DNA from: an uncultured Loktanella sp.
GTDB taxonomy: Bacteria; Pseudomonadota; Alphaproteobacteria; Rhodobacterales; Rhodobacteraceae
NCBI GenBank assembly: GCA_964581065.1
Contig: CAZOMZ010000001.1
Coordinates: 1-38,759 of the forward strand
Length of the DNA: 38,759 bases
Direction: 5' to 3'
Each line of letters starts with the position of its first letter. The stretch's first letter is position 1. The notes under the pieces were generated by a model that saw nothing but the letters and a program-made list of their open reading frames with translations, had not been told where the DNA came from and did no database searches. Positions 28,301 to 37,300 of the stretch are shown here, in pieces. A program made the translations under genes and the position numbers.

Positions 28301-31300
28301 GCGCCTTCCAGACGCACAAGCACGTCGCCCGAGGTCGACTTGATCTTGAAGACCCTCAGATCACCGGTGTTCTGCATCAGGCTGATGTCATTGGCTGCCA
28401 AAGCGGTAACCACATCGTTGATGCCGGTGCCGGTATCAATCCGGATGCCGCTTGTGTCAGCCGCCATGTTTGCGGCGTTGAGATTGATCGCACCGATAGC
28501 GCCGTCTGCATCAAGACGGATCGAGCCGCCCTTGATCAGACCATTTGTCCCGGCACCATTCAGGATCGAGCCACCGTTGGCGCCGATCACGCCTTCACCG
28601 CGATCACCGGTCAGTATTTCGACCAGACCATCGTTGTTCGAAACGACCTGACCAAGGAAAAGGTCTCCGGTCTTCTGCTGGATCAGGATATCACCGTTGG
28701 AGGTGACATTGACCAGGCCGCCTGCCGCCTGCTTCAGCTGGACAGGGTTGAGTGCACGGCTGTCACCAGGCGTGTATGGCAACGCGGTTTCTGGGCTGAT
28801 GATCCCGTAGTCACGCAAACCGACCCCGGCAAGGCCAGTGATCGTGATATTGCGGCCACCCACGACAGGCGAAAGGCCATCGGCTCCGACGCGCGAGGTC
28901 GTGATCGTGCCTTCGGATGTCAGGGTCGTATTGCCGCCCATGACTGTAACGGGGCCGTCCGCCGTGCTGACCGTATCCTGGTTCGTGATGGCGCCGCCTA
29001 CGATGATGTTGGCTTGCCCGGCGTTCAGGGTAAAGGCGCCCTCACGGTTGCCCGTGAACTCGATGTCGATGATCTGGTTGGCATTGATCGTGTGATAATA
29101 GTTCGTTGTTGTGTTCTGGATCGTCGTGAACTGAACGAAGGTAGACGACTTGCCGTACCACGTTGTCGTGGTGTTATAGGCGGTCCGCTCCGGGGTGCCT
29201 GGGTCAAAGGCCACGACAACGCTGTTGTATGTATAGTCAAGCGTCGCAGTTGCCGGGTTCGCGTCGTAGTAGAAGTAGTTGGAATTCGGCAGCAGTTGCG
29301 TGCTCAGGACGGTTGTGTCCACAACCGGCATTCTTTCGACGTCAGCAATCAGGAAGTCGATACCCCACAAGGAGTTATAGGTCTTTTCCTGAATGATCTC
29401 GGTGCGGGTACCCTGACCCACAACCCAGCCATAGCGGTAGCCCGAGGTGGTTTCGTAGCCAAACTTGGTGACGATTGAATCACCGCTCAGACCAGAGGGG
29501 TTCGAACCGATGGAAGAGGAATGCAATGCGTCGACTGTTACGTCATTCCTGGGAGCGTATTTAGCCTTGTCCGCCGCAGACCACGCAGCGATGTTCAGCG
29601 TTTCAGCGGAATCGCGGGGGTCAACGCCCGAATAGCCGTCAGGATTCCAGAATACATCGTCGATCAGACCGTTCGTGATCGTGGTCTGGCCTTCGGCATC
29701 CGTCACGTACCTGGTCCAGTAGAGCGCAAGGTCGGAACCGTCATTGCGCACGCCCCGCGTCTTGTCCTTGAGGATGATGGTGCCTTCGCCTTTTTGCGAG
29801 ACGTCCATCGACTCCAGCACAATATCGATGCCTTCCAGACCAGCAATGCCGTTGGTCTGCATCAGGTTGTTGATCGTGATATGCGGATAGCCCGCATGGC
29901 TTCGCAGCTTGCCTTGGCTTGTCGCGACAATCCGTCCTTCGATGTCGATCAAACCGCCTTTGGGGCTCATTGCCTTGATTGTCAGCTGGTTCAGACTGCG
30001 GTTGTAGATGCCGAAGAAGTCCGGATTGCCAAGATCGACAACCGCTTCGCCCGAGATGGACAGCAGCTTGTTGCGGATGGTGTTGTCCAACGTGAGATCG
30101 AAGTCAGATTTGCCGGCCTGAATCAGACCGTTCACGTTTACAAAGCCGCCGCGCAGCAGAATGGTGTTTGCAATCAGACCGGTAGAGATTTCCTGACCGG
30201 TGGTGTCATTGACATATGTGCTCGTGCTGCCGCCCTGCGGACCTGAAAGCCCTGCAATGCTCGCATTGGGCAGAAGCGGATCAAGAACATCCGCGTTCGC
30301 TGTGCCGTCACCAATCAATCCGCTGTTGAGGAATTTGCCATAGGGATCGCCATTGGTGTGAATGTCACCCTTGACGTCGATCGCAATCGTTCCGCCAACA
30401 AGAATGGTGAGCTCGGCGACTGTGACATTTGCCTGAATGACAACACTGACTTCGTTCTGACCCTGCGGACCGAAGATTTGCAGGTCAGCAGTCGGTGCAA
30501 AGACCTCTCCGGCAAATGTGACGATCTGGTCACCCGTCGGCAATGCTACGCCGTTCAGCGACGACGCAGCCCGGACGTTCTTGGTTACCTGCAAGATAAT
30601 CGAAGGCGCCGATCCGGCACTTGTCCCGACCGTTTCGCTGGTGAAGTTCAGGTTGTTCGGAGAGTCGGTGGTCACATAGCCAAGGAAGCGCAGCGATGGC
30701 ACGACATCCAGCGGACGGTTGTCTTTTGCGACCGAAACCTGGTTCTCGGCCAGAATAGCCGCGCGGACAGCGGCGATGTCTTCGTTCGATGTCACGGTAA
30801 CGCCGTTGAAATCGACGCCACCATTACGTTCGGGGATGTAGATTTCGCCGAATTCCATCGAAGCGGTTGAGTCGCTGACGATGTTTACGGTGACATCCTT
30901 TGGAGCATCGAACGTCCCGGAGCCAGACAGCTGGTCGGTCAGAATGCGGATCCGGCCCGCTGCAGCAACAATGTCGTCGACGACAATGACGCGCTCTGTC
31001 CGTGCCGAGGTAATAAAGGTTCCCGCAGAGTCGCGATAGCCTTCACCGCTGGCGATCATCTGCTCTTGAATACGTTCAATCCGCTCGACGTAGGAACGCG
31101 TGAAGTCGTTATTCAGGTTCCAGGAACCGTCAGCGTTTTTGACGCCATACTTCAGAAGCTGGTTTGCAGCATCGTTCAGCTGGATCTGGCCGCTTGATGG
31201 AACCTCGCGGCTCAGTGCATCGACCCTGATCAGGAACTGGTTCGGATCAACGTCAAAGAATGTCGGCGTATAGTTGGTTGGCGCCACATAGTCTGGATCC

Positions 31301-34300
31301 ACAGTGCCGGTCAGCGTGAGGATCAGATTTCCGTTCTGGTCTGTCGTTTCACCGATCAGAAGTTCCAGTTCACGCCGCGCGCCGGTCTTGATTAGACCGT
31401 CATTGATAATCTGCGAACGCGCATCCGACAGACCTTCGCCCGGACCGGTCGAATTATCGGTGCCGCCTGTCAGGCTGTTGATGCCGTCGGTGACAGCGGT
31501 GGTCCAGTTTGTGCCCTTTGCCATCCCGATGACCGAGGCCAGACCAAGCTCGTCCGCGTTCAGATCGATGTTGAGGAAGCTTTCAATCAAGGTCGGATCG
31601 GCGGTGGATGTCGGCGCATCGACCTTGATCAGGTTGCGCACGATGTAGATTGCCTGTGTCTCCAGATCGTCGATCGGGATCGCGGAACCGGCAAAGTTGT
31701 CGACACGGGCTTCGAGACTGCTGTCCTCGATGGTCAGGTCACGGTCGGTACCGGCCGAGAGGAACATGTCGCGGTGCGACAGCAGGTCTGCACCAGCCTT
31801 GATGTGGATCGTATTGCGCGGCTGGATGTCGATATGGGCACTACCAAGTGCGACCGTCGCGGCACCGTAGGTTTCCGAATAGGACTGAATATAGACATTG
31901 AATTTGCCCGAGGCCTCGAAGTCGAGTTCGCCCTTGGCTTCGATATCTGCGCGTTCGCCGACGATGATGTTGGCGGTGATCGGAACCGAAACACCATTTT
32001 CACGTTCGTTGAAGGTGACATAGGCACCGGCGCCGGACAGCGCTCCGGCTGTTTCCAGCCGGATCTTGTCTGAATAGGCAATTTCGTTGAATGCCCGCGC
32101 GGCCAGATCGCCTTGCGGGTCTGTTGTGTCGATATCCGTATCAGCGTCGAACGTGATCGTCGTGTTCATCTGGGCGCGTGTATCGCTGGTGGCGCTTGCG
32201 CCAGAGGCAATACCGCCCGTCTCACCCTCGATGTCGTTTGTCGAAGAGTTCGGCCGGATCAGCTTGTTGTTCGCCTTGATGTCCATTTCTCCGGCCTCTG
32301 CTTTTGCAAAGCGTCCGAATTCGACATCAACGGTTGAGTTGATGGTATTGTTGGCCGCGGCACCTGCACCGGCGATTGCGCCGTAAGATTCCGTGACGAC
32401 ACTTGTATCAACCTTGGAGAGCTGGCTTGCGGTCACACGCAACAGGCCCGCGACGTCAAGCTCGCCACGGTTCGTCGTGCTTGTCCCGTCGGCCATGCCC
32501 GCGCGGATCACCGCAGTGGTCGACGTCCTTGGCGCAGCAGCAGCACCCGAGGCGAGGCCATAGGCACCCGTTTCGGTGCGCGCGTCATTATCGCTAAAGC
32601 CCGCGGCAGAAACGGTCATCGTGTCGGCGGTGACATCCGTCCCCACTCCGATCAGAGCGGAAACATTCGTGTTGCTTGTTGCGTTTGCAACAGCGGCACC
32701 CACACCAATGAGCCCGACGCTCGCCGCTTTGGAGAAGCCGACCTGGCGGACATTGGAGAAGGCATTCATCGTAAAGCTGCCCGCAGTGATGGTTGCACCA
32801 TTCCCCACGGTCGCCGCTACCACGTCAGTGTTCGACACTGTGACACTTGTCGAGTTCGAACCAAGCAGCAGACCGCCGCCCGAGGCCTTCGCCGTAGCAT
32901 TGGCCAGATACCCGCCCGCAGGATTGGCGTCAGAACCGGCTTCGGCCACCAATGTCCCGACAGTGATGCTGCCGGTATTGCTGCCAATCTGCATACCGAC
33001 GCGCGCACCGGTGTTGATCGTTGCGTCGCTCACGCCTACTGCGGCGGTCGATGCAACGGTGACCCCCTCGACGTTCGCAACAGTCTTGATCAACGACTGG
33101 GCGTTGACCTCAAGCCGGTTTGCATCCAGATCGACGCCGCCGACATTCGCCGTGACGCTATTCTGGTTTGCATCCGCACGGGTATTGATCCGCGCCACCG
33201 AACCGCTCGCTGCAAGCCCGAACGCGCCGGCCGCAACACTCAGAACCTGCACCTCTGCATCAAGATCAGCACGGTTTGTTGCTTCAACCTTAACTGTCCC
33301 TGCGACGTTGATACGATCCGCATTTCCGGTTCCGGAAATCGCGGCCAGCACGGTGCTTGTGGAGTTGATCTCGGCCAGAGCACCACCGCCCGAAAGCGCA
33401 CCGCCGACCCCGATGGCTGCCGAGACCGCGGCAGCACGTGCCTCGACGTCGACTTCTGTATCGTCAGACGCAGTGATGGTCAGGTTTCCGGCCGTGACAT
33501 CCGACCGGTTGACTGTGGCGGAAATCGTATTGTCGACACTGTTCTGCGCTGTCGAGACTGCCACAGCACCCGCGTAGGCCGTGACACCGGCCGCAACAGC
33601 CACCGCAGCAGAAGCGACGGTTGCATCAATCGTTGCATCGTCGCGTGCCTGAACGCTCACTGAGCCACCAGCGTTGAGGCTGGCGTTATCGACTTCGGTC
33701 ATGACCGAATAGCTCGTGCTGTTGACTGCAAATGCACCCGCACCTGCGCCAGCGACACCGACAAAGCCACCTGCCAGAGCGACCGAGAAGCTGCCGACGA
33801 ATGCATCGATCCGCGACATCATGTTGGCACTGACGATGATGTTATTGCTTGCCGTCAGAGAGGCGCCCGAGACGCGGGCAAAGACACCGTCATTGCTGCT
33901 CGTCTCCGAGCCGATGACGTTCTTTGCATAAGACGTACCGACCGAAACGCCGACACCCGCAACGGCACCTACACCAAGCGACACCGTAGCCGAGATAATG
34001 GACGCGTCGATGTTTGCATTGCTCGTCGCTCTGACATTGATGTCTTGCGGCGTCGGTGTGCCGGCGACCAGTTCGGGCACCTGAATGACGGTCACAGGCT
34101 GCGTCGTCCCCGTCGTGGCGGGATCGATCAGGAAGACCGAAGGCAACCCAGCGTTGTCGGTTGTGGGGTCTTCGAATGTGATGACGGTGTAGACGTCCTC
34201 GACGGTGTTTGCATTCGGGGTCTGGACGACCAGCCCTGTCGACGTATCAAGGTAACGTGTCACCTGTGTGCTGGTGTATTTGTATTCCTTGAGCGCCTGT

Positions 34301-37300
34301 GCGTCCGCAGCCGTGCTGGCCGTGTAGGCCGGATCACCGGCTGTCGTCGGTCCGGTCACCAACATATAAGCCAGTTCCTGACCAACAACCGCACCGCTTT
34401 CCGCATCGATGACCGGCCGCGTGATCGGGTTGCCGGTCACTGGATCACGGGCAATCGTGTAGGCGCCTGCATATGCAGATTTCAGCGCCCCGCTTTCGTC
34501 AAAGATCTGGCTGCCAGGTGCAGTCGTCGCGCTGACCATATTGCCTGAAGGCACCAGAGTCGTCGCAGAATTCGCTACGATCGTTGCGCCTACAACTTCG
34601 GACACAACGCGGTTTGTAATGTTGTTGTAGGCCAGCGCCCCTGCACCGGAAACCGCTCCGTTGCCACCAAATCCACCCGAAAGCGAGATCGATGCCGCTG
34701 CTGAAATGACGCGGATGCTGGCCTCATCCTTGGCATCAACTGACACATTGCCAGCAGTCGCGATCAAGCTGCCTGTGCTGGCGGTGGATACTTCATTCAC
34801 ATTGGCGGTAATTGTCCGGGAAATCGTGTTAGCCGCAACAGATGCGGCCAACGAGACAGAGGCCCCGATCAAGCCGCCGAAGGACAGCGTCAGCGAGACC
34901 GCAGCCGCGATCGCCTCGATCGATGAGGTATCCATTGCCTCTACGGTGACGGTGCCTGCGGTGACATTTGAATTGCCCAGCGTGATCGTGGCAGATGATC
35001 CGCCAAAGATGAAGTTCTCGGCAAAGACACCGGACCCACCGTAGGAGCCTGCCGAACCACCGGCCGAAATCGCCGCGGCCCCTGCAAAGACAAGCGAATT
35101 GATGACGTTGTCGGATGTCGCCTTGACGTCCAGCGCCGTTCCTGTGGTCACATTGCTGTTTGTGATCGTCGCTTTGGTCTGACCATAGTTTGCTGTGTTG
35201 GTGGCGTTGGATGGCGTCGCACCGATGTAGTTCTGTGCAACCGATACACCAAGAGCCAGACCAAAGCCGCCGCCGCCGACACCGACCGCGAGTGCTGTCG
35301 AAAGCACGGCCGAGTTGATGACCGACTGGCTATCGGCAAGCACCTTGATTGCGCCCGTATTAGCCGTAACTGTCGCGCCGTCGATCTTGGCCTCGACGTT
35401 GCTGAGGATCACGTTCTGGCCGAATGCACCCGCACCTGCGACCGAGTACGCGCCCGTGCCGACGCTGGCGGCAATCGACATCGCGCCGGACAGTGCGCTG
35501 ATCGTCACACGTTCCGCGACGAAGGCATTGCTGGTGTTACGTGCGATATTCCACGTCGTCCCTGCTGCATCGACCACAACCCAGCGGCTGCCATCTTCGA
35601 TGACGCTGATACGCAGTGGACCCTCAACATCATAGTGAGCGCTAAGTGCCGTCGCCAGTTTCGACAGTGTGTCATTGTCGTCGTTTACGTCTTGGGTGAC
35701 CGCGACCTCGACTTCTTTGTCGTCGTCATTGGTCTGCGTCGTCATTTCGGTGCCAGCGGCATCATCCAGCGCGATAGAGGTTGCCAGAGATGAACCGATG
35801 CTGGTCAGGTCGAGTGTCTTCTCGGCATTCTGTGTTCCCGCACCTGCGCGCACTAAGATGCTGTCACCCGCGACTGCCGAGGTGGCAACGACAGAAGCAT
35901 TGTTGTCGATCTTGGCGGTTACCGCGTTCTCGACCTGGTTGAAGGCCAGCGAAACACCGATCGAGACGGCACTCCCGACTGATCCAGCCGCGAAAGACAA
36001 TGCGCCTGCAAGGCTTGTCGCATTGATCGAGCTTTCGTCGTCAGCCTGAACAATGACCGTTCCAGCGCTTACGCCAGTTGACAGTTTACCGCTGATGCTC
36101 GCGTTGGGGTTGGTTGCAATACGGTTCGAGACTCCGGAGCCCGAGGCCGAGATGCCGAACGCGACACCGCCAACGGCAAGGGCGGCTGCAACCGACAAGG
36201 ATGCTGCATTGATCTTCTGATCGCTTTGCGCATCGACCTTCAGCAAACCGGATGTCGTGATATCACTGCCACTGACAGCGGCCGTGATGGCTGCTGCGTT
36301 CTTTTGCAGGTCGATCTCTTCCCAGAGCTCCGGGTTGTTGAAGTCAACCGATTTCAGCGGCACACGATCTGCCGTTGTGATATCGCCGTCTTCGTTCGTG
36401 TCGATATTAGGAGTCAGCCCGCTCTCGCCGATGTAGCGGAATGCACGGCCTGCGTTAATACCTTCGAGAACCCGCACAGTATCACCGTTGGTCAGCTCAC
36501 CCGAGTCAACCGTGTCATCGGTTGTACGGGGCATCCACTGATTGCCGTAGGTGTAGCCGATCATGTTCGACACAAAGGATGCACCGACACCGACGCCAAC
36601 ACCGACGCCACCGACGGCCAACGACAGCGCGGACGCCGCGTTGATCGCATCAATCCGACCATCCGAGGTGGCCAGAACGCTGACGTTGCCTTGTGTTGCG
36701 GTCACGAGTGATCCGTCGATGGTGGCAGAGACACCTGCACCAATCCGGTTAAAGGCCAATGCGCCCGCAAGCGCGACGCCGACGCTGACCAGACCTCCGG
36801 CCACCGCAAGGCTGGCTGCCGCGCTAACGGCGCGGATGTTGGACGTATCTGTGGCCTGCACTGTCACGTCGCCGGATCTTGCCTGCACGCCACCCTGGCT
36901 TGAATTCAGGATCTGCGCCTGTGTCAGCCCATCAATTTCATTCCGCGCAACGGTTGCACCCATCGAGACAGCAACGCCAACCTTGCCCAGCGCAGCCGCG
37001 ACCGAGACTGTCGCCGCAACGGCATTGATCTGCGATGTATTCAGCGCTGTGACTTCGACATTATCGCCGCGCACGGCGGCCACTGTTGTATCGTCAACAT
37101 CGCCGATGATCCGTGCCGACGTTGTGCTTGCGATGCTGTTCTCGACGTAGACGCCAGAGCCAGAGACGGCGACGCCGATCTTGCCGGCTGCGATGGCCAC
37201 ACCACCCGCAAAAACAAGCGAGTTGATGGAATTGTCCGAGGTCGCACGCACAATCACATCGTCAGCCGCGTTGATCGCGCTATCGGTGATGGTGGCATAG

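Noticed and set aside
36575-36625. Short ACCGAC/GCCAAC tandem repeats as a VNTR or CRISPR
   Set aside because: They are codons for GVGVGVG in the giant protein. No repeat-spacer structure or cas genes were seen in the window.
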